A DNA stretch of 24,551 nucleotides from Bacteroidaceae bacterium. GTDB lineage: Bacteria; Bacillota_I; Bacilli_A; RFN20; CAG-826. The notes beneath the pieces are model-generated. The model had not been told where the DNA came from and ran no database searches. It saw only the letters and a list, made by a program, of their open reading frames with translations. Below are positions 1 to 8,048 of the stretch, piece by piece (the first letter of the stretch is position 1; every line of letters begins with the position of its first letter). The position numbers and the translations under genes were made by a program. The stretch covers positions 10,010 to 34,560 of the forward strand of contig CAVKAB010000001.1 of the NCBI GenBank assembly GCA_963653985.1, written 5' to 3'.

Positions 1-1
1 A

Positions 2-379
2 GGAAAAGGCGATAAAGAAAGAGAAGTTCCGATTAATTATGATTGCTTATTTTTATTAGATACATATATGAAGACAATTCGTAATAAAAATAAAGTTATC
101 GATAAACAATACGTTTTTTTAAACAATCAAGGCAAAAAAATATCAAGACAATATATTTTTATGATTATAAAAGAAGCAGTTTCTGCCTTAGGAATAAATA
201 AAAACATATCACCTCACTCTTTAAGGCATTCGCTTGCAACACATTTACTTGCTAATGGTGCCGATTTAAGAGTAGTTCAAGAACTATTAGGTCATACAAA
301 TATCGAAACAACTGAAATTTATACGCATATAGAAGAAGAACAAAAAAGAAAGGTTTATGATTTGTATTGGGATAAATAA
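2..379 (+). CDS. xerD: Tyrosine recombinase XerD/RipX, C-terminal part (5'-truncated by window edge)
   Basis: Frame is open from base 2 ([10 protein letters not shown]). Catalytic motifs [18 protein letters not shown] and TTEIYTH. Lies directly upstream of deoB, as in B. subtilis ripX-drm. XerD versus XerC assignment rests mainly on this synteny. Confidence 0.85.
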   Translation, partial: GKGDKEREVPINYDCLFLLDTYMKTIRNKNKVIDKQYVFLNNQGKKISRQYIFMIIKEAVSALGINKNISPHSLRHSLATHLLANGADLRVVQELLGHTNIETTEIYTHIEEEQKRKVYDLYWDK

Positions 380-411
380 TTATTTATAATTTAGAATAGG
401 AGAAAAAATAA

Positions 412-1629
412 ATGAAAAAATTTAAAAGAATTTTTACTATTGTAATGGATAGTGCTGGAATTGGACATGCTGAAGATGCTTCAAGATTCCATCAAAATGG
501 TGATATTAGTGATGAAGGCGCTAATACTTGGAGACATATTAGTGAACATTTTGAAAAAGGTTTAAATGTACCAACTTTAAATATGATGGGTATTGGTGAT
601 TTAGATGAAATTAAAGGTACCACTATAGTTTCTCATCCTAATTCATATTCAATCAAATTAAATGAGATTAGCGAAGGAAAAGATACAATGACCGGACATT
701 GGGAAATGATGGGCATTTATACAACAAAGCCTTTCCAAACTTTCACCGAAACCGGTTTTCCTAAAGAATTAATTGATGCTTTAGAAAAAGAAACTGGATA
801 TAAGTTCATTGGTAATTATGCAGCAAGTGGTACAGAAATTTTAAAAGATTTAGGTGAAGAATCAATTAAAACTGGCGCTTTAATTATTTACACTTCAAGT
901 GATAGCGTTTTACAAATTTGCGCAAGCGAAGAAACAGTTGGATTAGATGAACTTTATAGAGTTTGCCATATCGCTCGTGAATTATGCATGAAAGATGAAT
1001 GGTTTGTTGGCAGAGTTATTGCAAGACCATTTATTGGAAAAACCAAAGATACATTTAAAAGAACATCAAATAGACACGATTATGCAGTTTCACCATCTGG
1101 AATCACAGCTATGAATATATTAAAAGAAAACGGTGTTCCTGTTCATTGTGTTGGAAAAATTAATGATATTTTTAATGGAAGTGGAGTTTCTACAACAGTT
1201 TCTATCAAATCAAATAATGATGGTATGGACAAAACAATCAATTTAATTGATGATGATACTTTTAAAGAAGGATTCTGTTTTGTTAATTTAGTTGAATTTG
1301 ATAGTGAGTTTGGACATAGACGTAATGTTATTGGCTATGGTAAATGTATTGAAGAATTTGATGAACGTTTAAGTGAATTAATTAAGCACTTACATAAAGA
1401 TGACTTATTAATGATTACAGCTGATCATGGTAATGATCCTACTTGGGGTGGAAGTGACCATACAAGAGAAAAAGTTCCACTTATTTGTTATTCAAAATCA
1501 ATTGAAAACGGTAGATATTTAGGTAATTATAAATCATTTGCTTGTTTAGGTGACTCAGTTTTAACTAATTTTGGTCTTAAAAAAGATAAAACAATGGTTG
1601 GAGAAACCATTTTGGATTTATTTAAATAA
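412..1629 (+). CDS. deoB: Phosphopentomutase
   Basis: Motifs VMDSAGIG, GKDTMTGHWEMMG, YTSSDSV, GRVIARPF, GHRRN, TADHGNDPT, DHTRE. SD AGGAG at 398-402. Confidence 0.97.
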   Translation: MKKFKRIFTIVMDSAGIGHAEDASRFHQNGDISDEGANTWRHISEHFEKGLNVPTLNMMGIGDLDEIKGTTIVSHPNSYSIKLNEISEGKDTMTGHWEMMGIYTTKPFQTFTETGFPKELIDALEKETGYKFIGNYAASGTEILKDLGEESIKTGALIIYTSSDSVLQICASEETVGLDELYRVCHIARELCMKDEWFVGRVIARPFIGKTKDTFKRTSNRHDYAVSPSGITAMNILKENGVPVHCVGKINDIFNGSGVSTTVSIKSNNDGMDKTINLIDDDTFKEGFCFVNLVEFDSEFGHRRNVIGYGKCIEEFDERLSELIKHLHKDDLLMITADHGNDPTWGGSDHTREKVPLICYSKSIENGRYLGNYKSFACLGDSVLTNFGLKKDKTMVGETILDLFK

Positions 1630-1697
1630 AATTTTTAGAAATTTTTGGATAATTTTTGAATTTATATACATCTTGATAAGTAAGAGGTGTAATATTT

Positions 1698-2201
1698 ATG
1701 AAAAATTCAAAAATTTATCATTTTAAATCATCATTTTCCAACAATATGATGAAAATTAAAGAAACTATAAAAGAAGAAGTTGGACAAACTAATCTGGAGT
1801 GTGATTTTCAAATCGATTTTGAAAAAACTCAAATCAGAAGATATTATAATTTTCAAACACATCGTTATGATTTTTGTGTGGTTTTATCAGATACACATAA
1901 ATCTCAAAACGATGTTTTAATTTGCCCATTGGAATTAAAGAATGAATATAATAAGAATGGTTGTATTTCATTAGGGTTATTACCTTTAATTGATTATAAT
2001 CATGAAATTGTCGCTAATATATTTAGAATATGTTTTATTGATAAAAAACAATTCAATTATGATGACTTAATTTATACTAAAGATCCATTTGGTAGATTAA
2101 ATATGTTTTCATATAAAAACATTATGCAAATTTATTATAATATCATCAATGAAATCCAATTAAAATCTTACAATCTAATAAAGCCTGAATTTATTTGCTA
2201 A
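1698..2201 (+). CDS. Hypothetical protein, probable degenerate PemK/MazF-like fold
   Basis: SD AAGAGGTG at 1682-1689. Ordered segments IDF..CVVLSD..VLICPL..ISLG..ANIFRICFIDKKQF..GRL resemble the PemK/MazF pattern. The CDS is well supported; the family call is by eye. Confidence 0.5.
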   Translation: MKNSKIYHFKSSFSNNMMKIKETIKEEVGQTNLECDFQIDFEKTQIRRYYNFQTHRYDFCVVLSDTHKSQNDVLICPLELKNEYNKNGCISLGLLPLIDYNHEIVANIFRICFIDKKQFNYDDLIYTKDPFGRLNMFSYKNIMQIYYNIINEIQLKSYNLIKPEFIC

Positions 2202-2217
2202 TTTCTTTTTAAAATTA

Positions 2218-2245
2218 ATTTAACATAATAGATATTATACGAAGT
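2218..2245 (-). other. dif site (XerC/XerD chromosome dimer resolution site)
   Basis: Minus strand reads ACTTCGTATAA-TATCTA-TTATGTTAAAT, an 11-6-11 architecture. Right arm is identical to the E. coli XerD arm TTATGTTAAAT; left arm resembles the Firmicute XerC arm. Intergenic, at the switch in gene orientation. Confidence 0.92.
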
Positions 2246-2256
2246 TAATATATTAT

Positions 2257-2297
2257 AAAAAATGACCACTAATTAATTACTAGTGGTTTTTCTTTTT
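2257..2297. terminator. Probable bidirectional intrinsic terminator
   Basis: Stem ACCACTA (2265-2271)/TAGTGGT (2281-2287), T-rich tail on + and A-run upstream, between convergent genes. Confidence 0.75.
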
Positions 2298-2306
2298 ACA
2301 TAAATA

Positions 2307-2627
2307 TTATTTTTTAGAAGTTAAAAAATTATCTAAATCAAAATGAGTACGTGTAACTTCATCAAAAATATGAATAATAATATCATATGCATCGATTACG
2401 ATCCATTTAGTATTTTTACCTTCAACTGATTTATAATTAATTTTATTTTCTTCTAATTTGTCTAATACGTTCTCTGAAATAGCATTAGCGTTTCTATCAT
2501 TTAATGCTGTTGCAATAATTACCTTATCACATATTGAGCTATTAACATCATAAACTTTAATGTTTTCACCCTTCTTTTCTTCTATTGCTGCAACAATTAT
2601 TTCAGCTTTATTTTCAATTTCCATCAT
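2307..2627 (-). CDS. rsfS: Ribosome silencing factor RsfS (Iojap)
   Basis: EEKKGENI, VEG...WIVID..DIIIHIF...R.HFDL; follows yqeK. Confidence 0.93.
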   Translation of the reverse strand: MMEIENKAEIIVAAIEEKKGENIKVYDVNSSICDKVIIATALNDRNANAISENVLDKLEENKINYKSVEGKNTKWIVIDAYDIIIHIFDEVTRTHFDLDNFLTSKK

Positions 2628-3227
2628 TTACTCCCTTTTTAAATAAAAATTATACATTTCTATAGATAACCTATTATCTTCATCATGCTTTGATTTTAAA
2701 AATTTATCTACTTCTACTAAAACACGATTAAAACCACTTCTATAATCTTTAAACATATCCAAAATTAATTCATAAGAATCATATTTTCGTGTTGGTTCAA
2801 TCTTATCAGCTGCAAATAATACCATTCCAAGAGGCGATAATTTAGCTTTTCCAGTAGTATGAAACATTATTGAATCTAATAAATCGCTATCATTAATATT
2901 AAGTTCATCTTTTATCATCTTTGCACCAATAAATGAATGATATGAATAAGATGGTAAATCTAAATATTCTTTAAAATATTCTTCCATAATTTCTTTTGAT
3001 TTATTATCATCAACATATTTTCCAATATCATGTAATAATCCTGCTAAAAAATAAATTAATGGATTCTCTAAATGATTTTTCAACGCAATTTCATATGATA
3101 ATATTGCAACACTATATGAGTGATTAAATCTTGATTCTTTTAAATTCTTTTTTAAATAAGCAATTAATCGATCATCTACAATGAAATGATCTTCAATTAC
3201 TTCTATTTTATATCCAAAAAAATCCAT
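2628..3227 (-). CDS. yqeK: HD-domain Ap4A hydrolase YqeK
   Basis: RFNHSYSVA, GLLHDIGK, HSFIGA, HTTG, ADKIEPTR. Confidence 0.92.
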   Translation of the reverse strand: MDFFGYKIEVIEDHFIVDDRLIAYLKKNLKESRFNHSYSVAILSYEIALKNHLENPLIYFLAGLLHDIGKYVDDNKSKEIMEEYFKEYLDLPSYSYHSFIGAKMIKDELNINDSDLLDSIMFHTTGKAKLSPLGMVLFAADKIEPTRKYDSYELILDMFKDYRSGFNRVLVEVDKFLKSKHDEDNRLSIEMYNFYLKRE

Positions 3228-3229
3228 AT

Positions 3230-3544
3230 TTATAAATTTTTAGGAATAATAATTCTATTTTTTAGTTCGTGATTTGGTTTATAAACTAACAAAGTATTAC
3301 CAATTTTATCAACGATATCACATTTTAAAGTTTCACTAATTTTAATAAATAATTCATTTTTGTCTTCTTTTGATTCAAAAGAATTATTTAAAAGTGAAAT
3401 TTTAATTAATTCATGTGCTTTTAAAGCATTTTCAATATTTTTGATTTGATTTTCATCTAATTGACCTTTGCCAATATTAATTTTTAAACAATCATTTTCT
3501 AATGAAAATTTCTTTAAAAACTTCTTCTCTTTACTATTTAACAT
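3230..3544 (-). CDS. yhbY: CRM-domain RNA-binding protein YhbY (YqeI)
   Basis: INIGKG, LKAHELIKI, KIGNTLLVY; operon position. Confidence 0.92.
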   Translation of the reverse strand: MLNSKEKKFLKKFSLENDCLKINIGKGQLDENQIKNIENALKAHELIKISLLNNSFESKEDKNELFIKISETLKCDIVDKIGNTLLVYKPNHELKNRIIIPKNL

Positions 3545-4670
3545 TTAAATTTACTTTACTCCTTGTACTATATACATAAATTCCTTTAGGAACAAAAACT
3601 CTAAACTTTTGCTTATTCCCTTCAAAACTAATCCATCCAAGACCTAAAATACCAATATCTCTAGATCCAGTTTCACTAATTTCAAAATCATATGCATCAA
3701 AATCTTTTAAATCCCTATATTTGTAACTTGTATTCTTTTGTGTCCCGTTTTTTAAAACGTTTTTAAAAGCTTTTAAAGCGTCTCCTCTTTTAACTTTAAC
3801 ATCCAATTTATCGCTAAAATAGCATTTTAATGGTACTTTTTCACTACTAAATTGTTGAATTAAGCAAAGTCCTGAGATAATTAATGATGATTTATCAGAA
3901 ATAACTACTTTTTTAGGAGTAATTTCTTTACTAGGAACAATATAATTAACAATTGGTTTTTCTAAAATTCCAAGCATACTATTTTGAATAGAAAGACTTG
4001 GTAATTCATAAATTGCACTCTTGTTAGTTAAAGGAACTCTTAATCCAGAAAGATTTGTGCCTTCAAAATTATAAGAAGAAATAGGTAATTTAGTGTCATT
4101 TTTATAAACTTTTAAAAATTCTCTTAAAAGAGTTGATTTTCCGCTAGTTTTAGGACCTAAAATATAAATATTTCTATCTTTTAAATTTGTTAACACATAA
4201 TTAAAAATCTTAGCATTATTAACTTCATTAATACTTGAAGTTAAAATAACTTCTTTAACTTTAACATTTGAAACATTTAATCGATGTGTAACATATTTTT
4301 TTAATAATTCATCATCAGTATTTTTAGGTAATAAATCTCTTTTAGTACCTAAAACAATTACATCAGTATCACCAATTTCACTATTAAACTCTGAAGGAAA
4401 ACACCCCTCAAAAGAAAATAAATCGATAATATAAAGAATCAATCCTTTTTCTTTTTTAATTTTTGCTAATACTGTTTTAAAATCTTGTGATAAAACTAAA
4501 GAAGAATTATCGCTATTTTTAATTTCATTAAAGCATTTATTGCATAACAAAACACCATCAGGATATTTTTTAAGAATAATCGTATCGATATATCCTTCTT
4601 CATTTGAATTTTTATCCTGTAAAATACTTCCACAATGTGAACATCTTTTAACTTTCTTAGCTAATGACAT
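3534..4670 (-). CDS. yqeH: Circularly permuted ribosome-biogenesis GTPase YqeH (divergent)
   Basis: Zn finger CSHC..CNKC; TKRD precedes GPKTSGKS (permuted order); C-terminal DIGILGLGWI; position after yqeG. Confidence 0.88.
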   Translation of the reverse strand: MSLAKKVKRCSHCGSILQDKNSNEEGYIDTIILKKYPDGVLLCNKCFNEIKNSDNSSLVLSQDFKTVLAKIKKEKGLILYIIDLFSFEGCFPSEFNSEIGDTDVIVLGTKRDLLPKNTDDELLKKYVTHRLNVSNVKVKEVILTSSINEVNNAKIFNYVLTNLKDRNIYILGPKTSGKSTLLREFLKVYKNDTKLPISSYNFEGTNLSGLRVPLTNKSAIYELPSLSIQNSMLGILEKPIVNYIVPSKEITPKKVVISDKSSLIISGLCLIQQFSSEKVPLKCYFSDKLDVKVKRGDALKAFKNVLKNGTQKNTSYKYRDLKDFDAYDFEISETGSRDIGILGLGWISFEGNKQKFRVFVPKGIYVYSTRSKVNLNVK

Positions 4671-5181
4671 ATTTATCCTCCATTTGAATAATTAAATTCT
4701 TTTTATATGCTCTTTTAACTCCAAATTTTTCAAAAAATTTATTAAATTTAGATATAAAAGCATTTTTCTTAACAATTTCTTCACTAAATAAACAATTAAT
4801 ATTTAGTTTTTGTGCACATTTAACATCTGTATTAAATTGATCTCCAATTAATATACATTCTTCTTTATTAATGTTATTTTTTACTAAATAATCATTAATT
4901 TTATTTTTACTTGGTTTAAAACATCTATAAATAAATGGCACTTTTAATTCGTTAGCATATTTGCTTACTCTTTCTTTTGAATTGTTACTACAAATTATTA
5001 ATTTAATCCCATTTTCATTTAATTTGTTTACAATATTTTTAGCGTTTTCACTAGGACTTTTAACATCAAAAGATTCTAATGTATTATCTAAATCACATAA
5101 AATAAACTTAATATTATTATCTAAAAAATAACTTATATTTATTTTATATATGTTTGGAGATCTAACAATTTTCATAACCAT
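4657..5181 (-). CDS. yqeG: HAD IIIA phosphatase YqeG
   Basis: DLDNTL, SNN, KP, IGDQFNTDV. Confidence 0.92.
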   Translation of the reverse strand: MVMKIVRSPNIYKINISYFLDNNIKFILCDLDNTLESFDVKSPSENAKNIVNKLNENGIKLIICSNNSKERVSKYANELKVPFIYRCFKPSKNKINDYLVKNNINKEECILIGDQFNTDVKCAQKLNINCLFSEEIVKKNAFISKFNKFFEKFGVKRAYKKNLIIQMEDKYVIS

Positions 5182-5223
5182 ATATATTATATAACAATTT
5201 CCTTAAAAATATAACTTTATAAA

Positions 5224-5262
5224 TTTACTATTTTATTACTAATTATTTACTATTTAATTACT
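5224..5262. repeat. Four (T/A)TTACT direct repeats at exact 11-bp period; putative regulator binding site
   Basis: TTACT starts at 5225, 5236, 5247 and 5258 in the divergent yqeG / small ORF intergenic region. Confidence 0.6.
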
Positions 5263-5294
5263 TTAATAAATTAATTCTTAATATTTAAACTTTT

Positions 5295-5303
5295 TGATAT
5301 AAT
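5295..5303 (+). promoter_or_regulatory. Extended -10 promoter (TGaTATAAT), leaderless geometry
   Basis: TATAAT at 5298-5303 is followed by 6 nt and then ATG at 5310; no SD. Confidence 0.65.
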
Positions 5304-5309
5304 ATAAGA

Positions 5310-5528
5310 ATGAAATATGAAAAAGAATTAAACAGTTTATCTAGATTAGTTAATTTATTAGGTGCTCTAACATTAATTTTATCTCCAATTATATCTATTG
5401 GATTATTCGTTATAGCATTTTTTATCCCCTTACATATAACTTCTCAAGATTCTTTATATAATAAGATTTTTGCAAGTATATCAATGTTACTTGCAATAAT
5501 CTTTACTATAGTTCAATTAGTTAAATAA
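5310..5528 (+). CDS. Small hydrophobic membrane protein (2-3 predicted TM segments), unknown function
   Basis: 72 aa with long hydrophobic stretches and its own extended -10 promoter; overlaps the parC 3' end by 12 bp. Confidence 0.65.
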   Translation: MKYEKELNSLSRLVNLLGALTLILSPIISIGLFVIAFFIPLHITSQDSLYNKIFASISMLLAIIFTIVQLVK

Positions 5529-8048
5529 TGATAATTGTTCATTTACTTCTTCTTTCTTTTCTTCTTTTACCTTTTTGGGTTCAACTTTAAAGTCTTTAGA
5601 AACAATTAAAGGAATAAAAGTATAAATAAACTTACTTTCAATATCTTCTGGTAATTCATTTAAATTATATTTACATCTTTTATCAATTGGAGTTATTGAA
5701 TAGTCTTCAACAGTTTGCTTAATAACATTGTGATTTTGTAATACAAAATAGAAATCTAGAGGATCTTTTTCTTTTAATTTATATGTGTAAATTAAATCGT
5801 GAGGATCACTTTTAAACGCTTTAAATAATCTTTGTTGTGCCCCAAGTCTTGCAGTTAGTTCTAAATTTTTTGTATCAAAAACCCTATAACATGCATGATT
5901 TGTAAATAAAATAATTTTATTTGTTTCTTCCTTATCAAAAGACAATAAATTTACAACATAATTATCGCTTAATTTAGAAATAGCTTTAACTCCACCTGAT
6001 TTAATACCAGTTTGACTAATTTCATTTTCGTTAAAATAAGTACAAATTCCGTTTGAAGTTAATACTAATAAATTAGAATCATTATTTAATAAAGCTACAT
6101 CTACTACTTCATCATCACCAATTAATTTCATACATTGAATTGGTTTAGAATATCTTTGAACAAAGAATTCTTTTAATGAAGTTTTCTTAATTTGCCCTTT
6201 TTTACTGATAATTCCAATTGAAATATCTTTAGAAAAATCTTCAACAACAACCGCTTTTATTAAATACTCATTTAAAGGTAAGTTAGTAAGATAATTAATA
6301 TGTTTTCCTTCATCTTTCCATTTATTTTCGATAACTTCATGTACTGGAATAAAAACAAAATTACCTAAATTTGTAAATCCTAAAATATAATCTAAAGTTG
6401 AGCATGTTGTTGCTAAAATTAAATTATCTCCTTCTTTAATACCAGGAAGTTTAGAATCACTTGCTTTATAACTCTTTAAAGTAGATCTTTTTAAATATCC
6501 ATCTCTTGTTAAAGATACATAAATAGTTTCTTTTGTGATTAAATCACGTTTAGAAATTTCAATATCATTGATTTCTTTTTCAATTTTACTTTTTCTAATT
6601 GATGGAACTTTTTTAATAATATCTTTTAGATCATTAATAATAACTTTATCAAGTTCCTTAGGATCATGAATTACTTTATCACAGAAATTAAAGAATTCTT
6701 CTAATTCTTTCTTTTCATTTAAATAAATATTAACATCAGTGTGTGATAATTTATATAATCTAATATTTAAAATAGCTTCTGCTTGAACATCACTAAATTT
6801 ATAAATAGACATTAATTTTTCTTTAGAATCTTCTTTATTAACGCTATTTCTAATGATTTTAATAATTTCATCGATAATATCAACCGATTTTAATAATCCA
6901 TCTAAAATATGAAGTCTTGCTTTAGTTTTATCATAATCAAATTTATATTGTTTTAAATTAATTTCTCTTAAAAAATCAATATAAACATCTAAATATCGAG
7001 TTAACGATAAAGTTTCAGGATGCTTATCACAAATTGCAACAATATTAGCATTGTAATTAACTCTTAAATTTGTTTTATTTAGTAAATATTGTAAAACTAC
7101 ATTTGGATTAATTTCTTTTTTTAAATCAATAACAATGTTGATTAAATCACCACTAGAAAGATCATTTACTTCATTAATACCATCAATTTCTTTGTTTTTT
7201 CTAATTTTATCAATAGAAAATACAAGATCCTTTTTATAAATACCATAAGGAATTTCACTTACTATAATTTCATTATGATCATTATATTCTTTTATTTCGT
7301 ATTTACTTGTAATTTGAAATTTTCCTCTACCAGTTTCATACATTTCCTTAATTCCATCTACTCCAGAAACAATTCCACCAGTAGGAAAATCAGGACCTTG
7401 AACTATTTTCATTAAATCTTCAATATCACATTCAGGATTGTTGATTCGATAAATAGTTGAAAGACACATTTCTCCAAGATTATGTGGAGGAATAGCTGTT
7501 GCTATAGCAACAGCAATACCATCACTACCATTAACAAAAAGATTTGGAAATCTTGCAGGTAAAACAACTGGTTCAAATTCATCATCAGAGAAATTTAAAG
7601 TCATATCAACAGTCTTTTTATCTAAATCTTTTACTAAATATTCACTTACTTCTTCAAGTTTAGCTTCTGTATAACGATAAGCAGCTGCTGGATCATCATC
7701 GATTGATCCGTTATTTCCTTGAAAATAAACAAGTGGTTGATTCATTTTCCAATTTTGGGATAAACGAGTTAACGCATCATAAATTGAAGTGTCTCCATGT
7801 GGGTGAAATCTACCCATAACATCACCAACAATTTTTGCACACTTTTTTGTATTTTTATCATATGTATTTCCAGTGTTAAACATAGTATAAATTATTCTTC
7901 TTTGAACTGGCTTTAAACCATCTCTGGCATCTGGAATTGCTCTATCTTGAATAACATATTTTGCATAAACAGCATATCTATCACTCATTAATTCATCCAT
8001 TGGTTGAGAAACAATGTTTTCGACAATTGCTTTTTCTTTTGTTTTCAT
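5517..8048 (-). CDS. parC: DNA topoisomerase IV subunit A
   Basis: DGLKPVQRR, HPHGD, AAAYRYTE (catalytic Tyr). No intact GyrA box (QxRGGxG). plsY-parE-parC context. Confidence 0.9.
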   Translation of the reverse strand: MKTKEKAIVENIVSQPMDELMSDRYAVYAKYVIQDRAIPDARDGLKPVQRRIIYTMFNTGNTYDKNTKKCAKIVGDVMGRFHPHGDTSIYDALTRLSQNWKMNQPLVYFQGNNGSIDDDPAAAYRYTEAKLEEVSEYLVKDLDKKTVDMTLNFSDDEFEPVVLPARFPNLFVNGSDGIAVAIATAIPPHNLGEMCLSTIYRINNPECDIEDLMKIVQGPDFPTGGIVSGVDGIKEMYETGRGKFQITSKYEIKEYNDHNEIIVSEIPYGIYKKDLVFSIDKIRKNKEIDGINEVNDLSSGDLINIVIDLKKEINPNVVLQYLLNKTNLRVNYNANIVAICDKHPETLSLTRYLDVYIDFLREINLKQYKFDYDKTKARLHILDGLLKSVDIIDEIIKIIRNSVNKEDSKEKLMSIYKFSDVQAEAILNIRLYKLSHTDVNIYLNEKKELEEFFNFCDKVIHDPKELDKVIINDLKDIIKKVPSIRKSKIEKEINDIEISKRDLITKETIYVSLTRDGYLKRSTLKSYKASDSKLPGIKEGDNLILATTCSTLDYILGFTNLGNFVFIPVHEVIENKWKDEGKHINYLTNLPLNEYLIKAVVVEDFSKDISIGIISKKGQIKKTSLKEFFVQRYSKPIQCMKLIGDDEVVDVALLNNDSNLLVLTSNGICTYFNENEISQTGIKSGGVKAISKLSDNYVVNLLSFDKEETNKIILFTNHACYRVFDTKNLELTARLGAQQRLFKAFKSDPHDLIYTYKLKEKDPLDFYFVLQNHNVIKQTVEDYSITPIDKRCKYNLNELPEDIESKFIYTFIPLIVSKDFKVEPKKVKEEKKEEVNEQLSLFN

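Noticed and set aside
224..226. AGG-to-Met recoding known from some uncultured Bacilli
   Set aside because: AGG encodes the catalytic Arg of the Xer HxLRH motif here and an Arg in L33 (PDR), so AGG is Arg.
2..379. Tyrosine recombinase as a prophage or ICE integrase
   Set aside because: Xer-type motifs, ripX-drm synteny and no phage or conjugation genes point to a housekeeping Xer.
1630..1697. Second dif-like site that would make the PemK-like gene a dif-flanked cassette
   Set aside because: No 11-6-11 Xer site is visible upstream of the ORF.
2236..2248. 12/13 match to a loxP arm (TATACGAAGTTAA vs TATACGAAGTTAT)
   Set aside because: There is no second loxP arm or 8-bp spacer. The sequence is explained as the XerC arm of dif plus flank, so it is not vector contamination.
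7776..7805. ParC QRDR has Thr (HPHGDTSIYD) instead of Ser
   Set aside because: Thr retains the hydroxyl and occurs naturally in other type II topoisomerases, so it is not evidence of quinolone resistance.
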